Positions 16,316 to 27,228 of a stretch of DNA of 64,000 nucleotides are shown one piece after another. The notes beneath the pieces are model-generated. The model did no database searches. It saw nothing but the letters and a program-made list of their open reading frames with translations, and had not been told where the DNA came from. How positions within the stretch are numbered: the first letter of the stretch is position 1; each line of letters opens with the position of its first letter. A program made the position numbers and the translations under genes. Origin of the DNA: Scenedesmus sp. PABB004. Lineage: Eukaryota. The stretch covers positions 1 to 64,000 of the forward strand of contig JABVCE010000008.1 in NCBI GenBank assembly GCA_014905635.1. The letters are read 5' to 3'.

Positions 16316-16911
16316 GCCTGCGCCGGCCCGCGCGCGCCTCCGGCCGCGGGCGAGGGCGGCGACCAGGAGCGCAACACCAGCGATGTGTCGGCACCGCCTG
16401 AGGGCCGCGGCGCGTCAAGCGAGGCGCGCGCTGCTCAACGCTCGGCGGGGCGCGCGGCACGAGCTGCGTGGGAGCGTGCAGTCGCTGGCCGATGCGCCGC
16501 CTGTGTCGCGTTGTGGTCGCTGACAGCGCGGGGGTCGCTGCGGGCTTCAGCAGACCGCGCGCGCCTGCACCCTGCAGCACCGGCCGCGCCGCGCACTGCG
16601 CCGCGCCTTCTGGTGTCCCTTGTCTCACCCCCAACTCAATTGGACCCCGCGCGCGTCCGCACGCTGCGCTCACAGCGCGAGAGGGGCTGTCCATCACAGC
16701 AGGTGGTGGGCTGCTGCCGCTGCCGCCATGCGCGCATGCGGCGCACAGGGCGGTGTGGGACGCTGCCTGCGCCCGAGCTGGGCCGTGGCCGGCAGCGCAC
16801 TCACGCGCGCGACCGCCGCCGCCGCCGCCGCTGCTGCTGCTGCCCCGCGCAGGCCCCGCGCGCGCCCTCGCCCCGCAGCCGCTGCCAGCCCGCGGCCGGG
16901 CTCGCCACGCC

Positions 16912-18149
16912 ATGCTGACGCTGCGGGCGCCGACGCCCGCGGCCAGCGCCCGCGCGGCGCGGCGCGGCGCGGCGCCAGCGGGCCAGCAGCGGCCGCAGCG
17001 GCCGCGGCTGCCGCGTGGCGCGTGCCGCGCGGCGGGCGGCGGAGACGAGGCGCCGCAGCAGCCGCCGGCCGCGGCGCCCCAGGGCGACGATGCGGCGCAG
17101 CCGCGGGGCGGCGGCGCCGGCGCCGGCGGCGGCGGCGGCTTCCCGTACGGCGCGATGGCTGTGCTCGCGGGCGCGGGCGCGGCCGAGACGCTCTACCTCA
17201 CCGGCACCAAGCTGCTCCACGCGAGCGCCGCCTGCCCGACCTCGGGCTGCGACAGCGTGCTCAACAGCGCGTACGGGGAGCTGTTCGGGCTGCCGCTCCC
17301 GCTCTTCGGCGCGGCCGCGTACGCGGGCGTCGGCCTCACCGCGGCCGCGGCGTGGCGTGCGTCCGCCGCGGGGCGGCCCGTGCCGGCGCCGCTCGCGGGC
17401 GCACTCGCGGGCGGCGTGGGCGTGCTGGGCGCGTCGAGCGCGTTCCTGATGTACGTGCTCGCCACGCGCCTCAGCGGCGCGCCGTGCGTGTGGTGCTACG
17501 CCTCGGCCGCCCTCTCGGGCGGCCTCGTGGCGCTGCTGGTCGCGGGCATGGACCGCCGCGCCATGGCCGACGCGGCGGGCCCCGGCCTCGGCGCCACCGC
17601 GGCGGCGCTCGCGGTGCTGGCGGCGGGCTTTGGCCCCGCGCTCGGCGGCGTGGACGCGGCGGAGCTGGAGCTGCCGTACGTGTCGCCGGCCGTCACGACC
17701 GCGAGCAGCGAGCAGGCGCTGCGCCTCGCGGCCCGCCTGCGCGCCGCGGGCGCCAAGATGTACGGCGCGTTCTGGTGCAGCCACTGCTACGACCAGAAGC
17801 AGGTGTTTGGCGCCGCCGCGATGGCAGACTTCCCCTACGTCGAGTGCTTCCCAGCGGGCTGGAAAAAGGCGCGGCCCGGGCGCGTGCGCGCGGGCGTCCC
17901 CCCGCGCCGACCCGCGCGCCGCCGCCGCGCGCCGCATCGCCGCTGCGCGCCGAGCCGCCGGCCGCTCGGGCGCAGGGCGTCGCGATCGACGCCGCGTGCG
18001 AGGCGGCGTCGGTCAAGGCCTTCCCCACCTGGGTCATCAACGGCACGTCCACGGAGGGCCAGCTGGAGCTGGAGCAGCTGGAGCAGATGCTCGACGCGCC
18101 GCCCGCCCAGGCGGCGGCGGAGGGCGCGGCCGCGGCGGCGGCAGAGTGA
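16912..18149 (+). CDS. LTO1: Thylakoid thiol-disulfide oxidoreductase (VKOR + thioredoxin-like); 2 exons
   Basis: VKOR motifs CPTSGCDSVLNSAYG and CVWCYASA; Trx-like MYGAFWCSHCYDQKQVFG...FPTWVING. Single GC-AG intron 17869-17975. Confidence 0.92.
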
Positions 18150-18424
18150 CGCGGCGGCGCTGCAGCTGCGCCCCGCACGAGCCCGCGCGCGTAACCGCGA
18201 CGTTGTGCCGATCGGGGCGCGCACGGCCGCCTGCTGGCGCGCGCAGCAGCACACGAGCGCGCGCTGCCAGCGCCAGCCGGCCGCGCGTGCGCGAAAGTGC
18301 CGTTACACACGGTGCCACGCCAGCCTGCGCGGCCGGCGTGCAGCTGCCCCGCCGGGCCGCGCCGCTCGCACGCGGGCCGGCGCCACGCACACGCGCCCGC
18401 CCCTGCGGGCCCCTGCCGTCCTGC

Positions 18425-20625
18425 TCACTCGTCGTCGCCCTCCGCGAGGGTGGCCAGCTTGGCCTTGAGGCGCTCCTTGCGCTCGTCGTAGGTCAGCTTG
18501 GCCGGCTGCCAGCGCTTGGCCTCGGCGGGCTTGGAGCGCGCCTTCTTCTCGGACAGCGGGTTGGCGCGGATGGCCTCGTGCACCTGGCGCGCGGCGCGGC
18601 GCGCACGCGCGGCGGCGGCGGCGGCGTGAGGCGGAGGGGCGCGCCGGTGCGCGCGGCGGGCGCGGCGGGCGCGATGCGCCAAGGCCGTGGCGCGCGCGGT
18701 GCGCGGGGCGCGGTGTGGCGGGCGCGGTGCGGTGCGGCGTGGTGGCACACACGCACCTTGGTGTAGAGGTCCTCGAGGTCGTCGGCGCTGATGTCCTCCT
18801 CCAGGTAGGCCGCAAAGTGGCGGTTGTACTTCTCGGGGTCCTCCTCCTCCATCTCCTCCATGTACTCGGCGACGTGGCCGCCGTAGATGTACTTCTTCAG
18901 CACCTCCGCCTCCAGGCCGTCCTCCTTGGTCCACCCCACAAAGCGCTTCTCGTTGTGAGGGATGTCCAGGCCGCCGTCCAGCGCGCCCTGGGCAGCGGCG
19001 CGGCGCGCGGCGCAGCGCGGGCGGGTCGGCCAGCCGCGGGCAGGCGCGCTGCTGCTGCTGCTGCGCCGCCGGCGGGCGCTGCTGGCGGCGCTGCGTGGCG
19101 GCGGCGGGCGCACCTTGAGGGCGCCAAAGGTCTTGGCGCCGGTGGAGGTGCGCTTGAGGCCGGCGTCGAGGAGGCAGAAGAAGGGGCGGGGGCCCTCGTC
19201 CGCGGCCTCGACGTTGTAGTCCTCGCCGTCGGGCTCCTCGCAGCCCTTGTAGGTGTCGGCCAGGCCGTACTTGGTCAGCACGCGGCGCGCCAGCAGCAGC
19301 CCCGTCGCGTACGCGGCGCTGTAGTTGTTCAGCCCCACCTGACACGCGGCAGCGCGGCAGCGCGCATGCCGTGAGCGCGCGCGGCGCGGCGCCTGCCGTC
19401 GGCGCGCGCGGGGCGGCGCGGCGGCTGCTGCCGCCGCCCGCTGCGTCGGCCCGCCGCGCCGCCGCCACGCCGGCAGCTGCTGCAGCCGTCTCGCCGGTGG
19501 TGCCCCGCTGCTGTCCCCCGCTGCGTGCTGCCGCCTGCTGCGTCGGCCGGCCCCGCTGCCGCCCCCCGCCGGCTACTGCCGCTCCCCGCCGGCTGCTGCC
19601 GTGCCGCCACAGTCGCCGGCGCCTGCGGCTGCCGCCTTCAGATGGCGACTGCCGCGTGCCGCCGGCGCCTGCCGCCGGCGCCTGCCTCCTGCCTCCTGCC
19701 GCCGTCCCGCTGCCGCCGCCGAGTGCCGCCGCGTCCGGCCGCCGGCTCCGCGCGCTCCAGCGCAGCCGTCGCGCCGGCGGCTGCGGGGTTATGCCCCCTC
19801 CCCGTCTCCCGCCCCGCGCGGTCCCCGGCGTGCACCTTGAGGCCGAACTTGGGCAGCTCGTGCGCGTACGCGGCGGCCACGACGACATCGCCCGCGATCG
19901 CGGCGTACACGACCTGGCAGGTGATGTCCTTGTTGCTGAAGCGCACGACCAGGCGGTATTTGTGGGTGTTGTACTTGTTCTTGTCCTGGGTGGTCAGCCT
20001 GAGGCGCGCGCGGTAGTCGGTCTTGCCCTGCGGCGGCGCGCGTGCGCGGCGGCAACAGCGGCGGCGGCGGCGGCGGCTGCGTGGGCGCGCCGCCCCGCCG
20101 CGCCCGCCCCGCCCGCTGCCCGGCGCCCACGCCCGCCCGGCCCCTGCCGACGCCGCGCCCGGCACGCGTGGCGCCGCGCGGCCGCCGCGCGGCCGCCGCG
20201 CCGCGCGGCTGAGCAGCAGCAGCGGACGCCGGCGCGCCGCGGTCGCCGGCGCGCCGCGCCGGGCCCGGCGCGGCGCGCCGGGCCCGCCCCGCGCCGCTGC
20301 GGGCCTCCCGCGCTGCTCCGTGGTGCGGGGCCACCCCCGCCGCGCTGGCGGGCCGCCGGGCGCGGCGGTGGGGCGGCCAGGCCGCGCCGGGCGATCGCCT
20401 GCTGCCCGGCCCCCGGAGGCGGCCGCCCCAGGCCCGGCGCGGCGGCGGCGGCGGCGCGCACCTGGCGCCTGCGCCTGTACTTGACCTGCGGCGCGCGCGG
20501 GGGGCGCGTGAGGCCGGCGGGCGCGCGGGGCGCGGCTGATGGCGGGCGGTGGCCCCGCCGGCGGCCCAGCGCACCTGGTAGCGCGAGTAGTAGGAGCTGC
20601 TCTTGACGACCTTGACGTAGGCCAT
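18425..20625 (-). CDS. RPL5: 60S ribosomal protein L5 (uL18)
   Basis: [57 protein letters not shown]..., [33 protein letters not shown] introns. Confidence 0.97.
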
Positions 20626-20979
20626 CGCGCCTGCCTGCTGCGGGGTCGGGGCGGCCGCCCAGAGCCACCGGCCGACGGCGGCGAGTGCAGCTGCTGGCGC
20701 TGCTCGAGCGACCCCGGGGTGACCACCGGGCAAAGGACCGAGGCAGGGCGCCGCAGGATCGTTTCAGCGAGCTCGCAGCAGCCGCGGTTTAGGCCGCCTC
20801 CTCCCCAGCGGCTCATAGCGGCCCGCCCCGCCCCGGCTCGCCCTCTTCTGATGTCCGCCGGACGATAGAGGGTGAGCCGCAGCCGCGCAGAGGCGCCGCG
20901 GTGGCGCCCGGCGTCGCGGGCGGCCATCATCACGGCCCGCGCGCCGCCCCGACGCGCAGGCACCTGAGAAGCAGGCATC
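20626..20979. promoter_or_regulatory. Probable bidirectional promoter shared by RPL5 and RPL10A
   Basis: The two start codons face apart with only 354 bp between them; no specific element identified. Confidence 0.6.
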
Positions 20980-22170
20980 ATGTCTAAGGTCAGCAGCGAT
21001 GTGTTAAAGGAGGGGATTGCAGGTGCGCCGGGCGCCCCCGCCGCGCGCAGCCCGCGCCCGCCGCCCGCCCCAGGCGCGCCGCGGCCGCCCGGCGCCCGAT
21101 CGCCGGCCGCCCGGCAGCGGGGCGGCGCGCCGGGCGCCCGCACCGGCGCGGGCGGCGGCAGCGCGGCGCCGCGGGGCGGCAGCGGCGCGCAGCAGCGGCG
21201 CCGGCCGCCGCTGCTGCCGCTGCTCCCCCGCCCGCGCCGCCCGCGTGCCCGCCCACGCCGCCTCCCCTCTCCTCCCTCTCGCCCGCCGCCTCCAGGCATC
21301 CTGGAGGGGTCTAAGGCCAAGCCCCGCAAGTTCACCGAGACGATCGAGCTCCAGATCGGCCTCAAGAACTACGACCCCCAGAAGGACAAGCGCTTCAGCG
21401 GCACCGTCAAGCTGCCCTACATCCCGCGCCCCAAGATGAAGGTCTGCGTGCTCGGCGACGTCAAGCACTGCGAGCAGGCCCAGGCCATCGGCGTGGACGC
21501 GCGCAGCGTGGAGGACCTCAAGAAGCTCAACAAGAACAAGAAGCTGGTCAAGAAGCTCGGTGCGCGCACCACGCGCCCGCGCGCGCACGGCCGGCAGCGG
21601 GCCGCGCGGCAGCCGTGCAGCCGCCGCAGCCGCCGCCGCCGCAGCAGCAGCCGCCGCGCGCGCCGCCTCAGCCGCCCCGCCTGCCCCCCTCCCCGGGCGC
21701 TGCCGCTGCGCGCGCAGCCAAGAGCTACCACGCCTTCCTGGCGTCCGAGGCGGTGATCAAGCAGATCCCCCGCCTGCTGGGCCCCGGGCTCAACAAGGCC
21801 GGCAAGTTCCCCAGCCCCATCTCCGGCGGCAAGAGCGTGGAGGACATGGTGCGCCGCCCGCCCCGCGCCCGCAGCAGCCCAGCAGCGCAGGCTGGCCCTC
21901 GCGCGCGCGCCGCGCGCGCCTGACCGCCCGCGCGCCGCCCGCGCCGCGCGGCGCCAGGTGAACGAGACCAAGGCGTCCATCAAGTTCCAGCTCAAGAAGG
22001 TGCTCTGCCTCGGCGTGGCGGTGGCCAACGTCGACATGGAGGAGGCGCAGATCAGGACCAACATCATGTACGCCGTCAACTTCCTGGTCTCCCTGCTCAA
22101 GAAGAACTGGCAGAACGTCAAGTGCCTCTACATCAAGAGCTCCATGGGCAAGCCGTTCAGGCTGTACTAA
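20980..22170 (+). CDS. RPL10A: 60S ribosomal protein L10a (uL1); 4 exons
   Basis: [72 protein letters not shown]. Confidence 0.97.
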
Positions 22171-22811
22171 GGTGCGCAGAGCGCGCGCGGGCGGGCGCGC
22201 AGGCGGGGCCGGGGCCGCGGCGCGGCGCGGCGCGGCGCGCGCTCGCCCGCAGCCCCCGCGCCCCCGCGCGCTGAGCACGCCCCGCCCCGCCCCGCGCCGC
22301 GCCGCCCCGCCGCCGATGGCCGCGCAGCGCCGCCGGCGCTTGGTGCGCCCCTGCCGCGTGCAGGGGCTGTCCGCGCGCGCGCGCGTCCGCGCGCCGCGCT
22401 CGGCGGCGCCGTAGGCCACGGTGCTGCCGCGGCGTGCGGCGCGCGCGCGTGGGGCTGGGCCGTTCCGGGGTGCCTGCCCCTCCCTCCGCCGACTGTACCA
22501 AAGCCAGCCGGGCGCCGCGGCGGCCCGCTCGCGGGCCGCCGCCGCCCGGGCTGGTTCTTGGGAGCTGCACACGACCTTTAGACATGCTGCCATATATCTC
22601 GGGCTGACTGCTTCGTCTCGAGCATGGAGAGTCGCGCCCACACGACGTGCGCGCCCCCGGGCGCTGATTGCAGGAAGCGCGCAGGCGCCTGGCGCCCGCT
22701 GAATCCATCGCTGTAACGAAAAGACGCCTGACCTACCCGTCCGGTCGCGGGCGCGCGTGCGGCACGCCGTTACATGACAGGCCCCGGCAGCGTGCGCAGC
22801 AGCAGCCGCGC

Positions 22812-24769
22812 TCAGCGCCCGAAGATGCCGCCGCTCGCTGGCGCCTGCTGGTACGCCGCGCCGGCGGCGCCCTGGTACTGCTGGAACTGCTGCTGGTACT
22901 GCTGCTGGAGCTGCTGCGGGTACTGCTGGTACGCAGCGACGCCTTGCTGCGGCGCCGCCAGCGGCTGGCCAGCCAGCTGCTGCTGCGCGGCTGCCATCTG
23001 CTGCTGCTGCGCCGCTGCCAGCTGCTGCTGCTGCGCGGCCGCCATCTGCTGCTGCTGCGCCGCCGCCAGCTGCTGCTGCTGCGCGGCCGCCATCTGCTGC
23101 TGCTGCGCCGCCATCTGCTGCTGCTGCTGCGCGGTCGCCATCTGCTGCTGCTGCGCCGCCGCCAGCTGCTGCTGCTGCGCGGCTGACAGCTGCTGCTGCT
23201 GCTGCGCTGCCTGCTGCTGGCCGGCCGTCTGCATCGCGCCGCTCTGCGCCAGCGCGCCGACCGCGCCGGGGGTGGCGCCCTGGCCGTACGCGGCGGCTGA
23301 GCCGCCCATCGGCGAGACTGCGACCAGGCCGTTGGTGCCGGCCGCCATGTCGGCGGGGGTGACAAAGCCGTAGCTCAGGCCGCTGCCGGCAGGGGAGCTG
23401 CCACTGTCGTCGTCGTCGTCGTCGCCAGCGCCGCCGTCAGTGACCCAGGTCGTGCCGCCGCCACCAGCGAGCACCCCGCTGCTGCCGTCCGCCTCGGGGC
23501 CGGTGAGGTCGGCGAAGCGCGTCGCAAACTTGCCCGCCAGGTTGAGCAGGCCGCCGCCGCCGCTCGTCGCCGCGCCAGACACCGCCTTGGCCGCGGCGGC
23601 GCCCGCCGAGAGCGTCGGGCCGAGCGAGCGCACGACCTGCCCCGCCACCGCACCGCCGCCCGCGATCGCCTCTCCCTTGATCGCGCCCTTGTTGGCCGCC
23701 AGTATGCCCGCGAGCTGGCTCACGCTCGTGATGGCCGCGCCCGCCGCGGCCGCCTTGTCCGCGATGTCGACGCGGCCGACGCCCTCGCCCTCCGAGCCGG
23801 CCAGGCCCGCCGCCGCGCCGACGAGCGCGCCGCCGAGGGCCGCGCCCGGGCCGCCCACGGTCGTGGCGAGCGCCGCCCCCGGGCCGCTCGCGAGCAGGCT
23901 GGCCGCGCCGCCGAGGCTGCCGCCGTCGGCGCCGCTCGCGAGCAGGCTGCCGAGGCCGCCGCCGCCGGAGAGCGCGGTCGCGGCGAGGCCCGAGCCGATG
24001 CCCAGGCCGCTGAGGCCGGACGCGCCTATGAGCGGGCCGAAGCCCGACGAGCTCGCCGCGTCCTGCAGCACCTCGCCCGCTGCCGCCACGGAGAGCGGGT
24101 TGACCGACGCCGCAATCGCCTCGAGCGTGCCGCCCACAAAGCCGAGGTTGAGGCCCGACGGCCCCGGCATCGCCTTGGGGCCCGCGAGCAGCATGAGCCC
24201 CAGCCCGCCCGGCCCCGGCAGCGCGCCGAAGCGGTGCCGCATGCCGAGGCCCTCGATGCCGTAAAAGTTGGACAGCTGCGCCGCGGTGCCCAGGGCGTTG
24301 ATGACGGGCTGCACGCCCGCGATGGTGAGCCCGGTCACAAAGTTGCCGAGGCCCGCAATCTGCGCCAGCCGGCGCCGCCCGCCCGCGAGCAGCCGGCGCG
24401 GCGCGACCGCGCCCGGCTCGGCGCCGGCGGCATGGTGGGTCCCCGGATGAGCTGTCCCGGGCACCTGCGGGGCCGGCGGGCGCGCGGGGGCAGCTCACGG
24501 CCGCGGCGCGCGAGGCTGCGCCAGCGACCAGCCTGGCTGCGGCGCGCCGGTCCCCGGCAGACCGGTGCAGGCCACGCGCAGCGCTCGCAGAGCACTGATG
24601 GGCTGTTCCCGGTGCCGGGGCCGGCGCCCCAAGCTCCGGCGCGCGCGGGCGCGGTCGCGCTCACCGCGCGCGGCTGCGCCGTTGCCGTGCCCGGCCGCGA
24701 GGCGCCCTCGCAGGCTCCCAGGAGCGCCAGGAGCATTCCCACAGCGATGGTGCGTCGGCGTGAGGCCAT
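22812..24769 (-). CDS. Secreted Gly/Ala/Gln-rich low-complexity protein; 2 exons
   Basis: Exon 1 MASRRRTIAVGMLLALLGACEG (signal-peptide-like) with donor GTGAGC; exon 2 is a 550-codon open frame with RRLL/RRRLAQ sites, Gly-Ala body and Gln-rich repeats. TGTAAC lies ~40 nt past the stop. Confidence 0.7.
22975..23220. repeat. Coding imperfect ~24-bp tandem repeat encoding (M/L)AAAQQQQ
   Basis: Repeated ctgctgctgctgcgc(g/c)gc.gcca units in the 3' part of the secreted-protein gene. Confidence 0.85.
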
Positions 24770-25071
24770 GGTGCCGCGGCGCGGCGCTCGGGCCGCGGCT
24801 GGCGCGCGGGGCTGGCCGCGCCTGCCGCGCTCGAGAGGCTGCACCGCGAGCTGGTGAGCCTGCGGATCGCTTGATCGAGCTGCTGGCGTCATCTGGGGGC
24901 GCGCGGAGGCTGTGCGAGCTGGCTGTGGGCTCGGCGCGCGCGCAGGACTGACGGGCGGCGACCGCAGAAAGTGGTGAGGCTGGGCCCGCGCGGCGCGCTT
25001 ACTACTGCTGCCCCAGCTCCGTGTTGCAAGAGCTGACGCGCCGGCGCCCCTGCCGCCGTCGCGCCGCGCGC

Positions 25072-25863
25072 TCAGACGCCGCGGTCCTTGACGAGCATGG
25101 CGCGCGGCGCGTAGCCCACCTCCTCGGGCGTGAGCGGCATGGCCGCCACCAGCTGCGCGCGACACAGGGCGCGGGGCGCGCGCTCAGCACGGGCAGGCGC
25201 GGGCCGCGCCGCGCCGCGCGCGCGCCGGCGGGGCGCGCACCTTGTCCACGTCCAGGGGCGTGCGGTCGACCTTGCGCGCCGCGTACTTGTTGTTGCGCCG
25301 GTAGTCACGCACTGACCCCGCGCGCGCGGCGCGCCGCCGGCGGCGCGGCGTCGGCGCGGCGGGCTGCCACGGCAGGCGGGCGCGCGCGGCTGCGCGCTGC
25401 AGCCGCGGCTGCTGCCTGCGCGCGCGCCGCACCGTAGTAGCGCGTGTTGAAGACCAGCTGCGGCACGTCGTGCGGGATGGACGCGCGCACGGGCTGCGAC
25501 CTGCGCCGCGCGGGCGGGCCAGGCAGGCTCAGCGCGCGCCGGCGCGGCGTCGGCGCCGCGCCTGCGCCTGCGCGTGCGGCGTCGCGTGTGCGGGAGCGCT
25601 GTGCCGCTGCTGCTGCGGGCGCCGCGCACCCCGGGCTGTGCTTCCTGTACTCGTCGGCGCCGGGGAGGTAGTCCAGGTAGTCGGCGGTGGACGCGATGCC
25701 CGTGATCTGCGCGGCGCGGCGCGTGGGGCGGCGCGCACGGCGCTGCTGCTGCCGGCGCCGCCGGCGCGCGCGCCGGCGCGGCCCCGCCGCGCGGCGGTGC
25801 GGGCGGGCGGCCCACCTCCCAGGGCTTCTTCACGCTGCGGAAGATGCTGCTGAGGAAGGACAT
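25072..25863 (-). CDS. NDUFA7: Mitochondrial complex I accessory subunit B14.5a (NDUFA7-like); 5 exons
   Basis: Splices to MSFLSSIFRSVKKPWE|ITGIASTADYLDYLPGADEYRKHSP...VFNTRYY|VRDYRRN, matching the recalled plant B14.5a pattern KKPWxITG...EYR...YxxRDxRRN. Confidence 0.75.
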   Translation of the reverse strand: MSFLSSIFRSVKKPWEVGRPPAPPRGGAAPARAPAAPAAAAPCAPPHAPRRADHGHRVHRRLPGLPPRRRRVQEAQPGVRGARSSSGTALPHTRRRTRRRRRGADAAPARAEPAWPARAAQVAARARVHPARRAAAGLQHALLRCGARAGSSRGCSAQPRAPACRGSPPRRRRAAGGAPRARGQCVTTGATTSTRRARSTARPWTWTRCAPRRRARGAARPAPARAERAPRALCRAQLVAAMPLTPEEVGYAPRAMLVKDRGV

Positions 25864-26320
25864 CGCGCCGGGGCGGGCCGAGCAAACTCTGCTGCTGCTG
25901 CTGCCGCGCCCCGCGACGCCCAGACGCCGCCGCGACGCGCCGAGAGATCGGCGGAGGGAAATGGGAGGCCTGTGTGGGCCGCGTCTGCGCCAAGGCGGGC
26001 AGCGAGCCCTTGGCGGGCTGGGGCGAGCGAGGCCTGCTGGCAGCGCCGAGCGAGGGACGGGCGGCGTGAGAAGTCTGGGAGCAGCCAGGCGGGCAGCGCT
26101 GGCTCAGGCCGTGCGAGCCCTGCTGCTGCTCCGCCCTCGCGTGTCAGCCGGCCTCCAAACGCACCTGCGCCGCTGCCCACGGCCCCAGATCACCGCGACA
26201 AGGTCTCCCTCGCACGGCGCGCCATCCAGGTCCGCCCGTGGCGGCCGGGCGGCGGCCCATCTGTCGGCGTGACCCTCCCGCGGGCGGCGTGGGGCGCGGG
26301 CACGCCCGGCGGGGCGGGTG

Positions 26321-27148
26321 ATGTCCTTCTTCGTCCCCACCCGGTTTGTGTGGCGCTTCGGCGGCCGCCAGGTGCGCGGTGGCGACCGGCGGCAGCAGCG
26401 CGCGGCGCCGCCGGCCGCGGCGCCGCGCCGGCCGGCGGGGGCCTGCGCCCGCTGCCCCGGCGCCGCGGGAGGGCGCGGCCCGGGGTCGGCCCGCTCCGGG
26501 CGGGGTACACGGCGCCGGCGCCGCGCCGCGCCGCACGCGCCGGCCGCTGCCGCCAGCGACGGCAGCAGCAGCAGCGTCGGGCGATCACGCCGCGCCGGGC
26601 GCCGCGCAGGTGCACCTGTGCGGCTCGTTCACGCGATGGGTGGAGACCATACCCATGGCGCCCGTGGAGGGCACGCCCGGCGTGTTTGCGGTCGTCGTGC
26701 ACCTGCCGCCGGGGTGAGTGAGCCGGCGGGCGGCGGGCGGCGGGCCGGCAGCGGGGCCTGCCGCGCTGCCGCGCCGGTTCCCGCCGCCTCCCCGCCGCTT
26801 ACCGGCCACGCCCTGACCTCGACCCTCAGGTACCACCAGTACAAGTTTATCGTGGACGGCAAGTGGATGCACGACGAGACCGCGCCCTACATGCCCGACC
26901 CGCTCGGCAACGTCAACAACTGGCTCTTCGTGCGCAAGATCGACCCGCCCGCGCAGCCAGGGTGCGGCGCCGCCCGCACGGCGCGGGCGGGGGAGGCGGC
27001 GGGGGCGCGCCGCGGCGGCGTGTGCCGACCCGCCGCCTGTGCGCCGCCGCCGCCGCCGCGACCGCAGGCTGGCGTTTGACCAGCATGCGGTCATGCTGCA
27101 GCAGCTGCAGGAGCAGCAGCAGCAGGCAGCGGCCGCCGCGGCGCTGTC

Positions 27149-27228
<80 letters not shown>

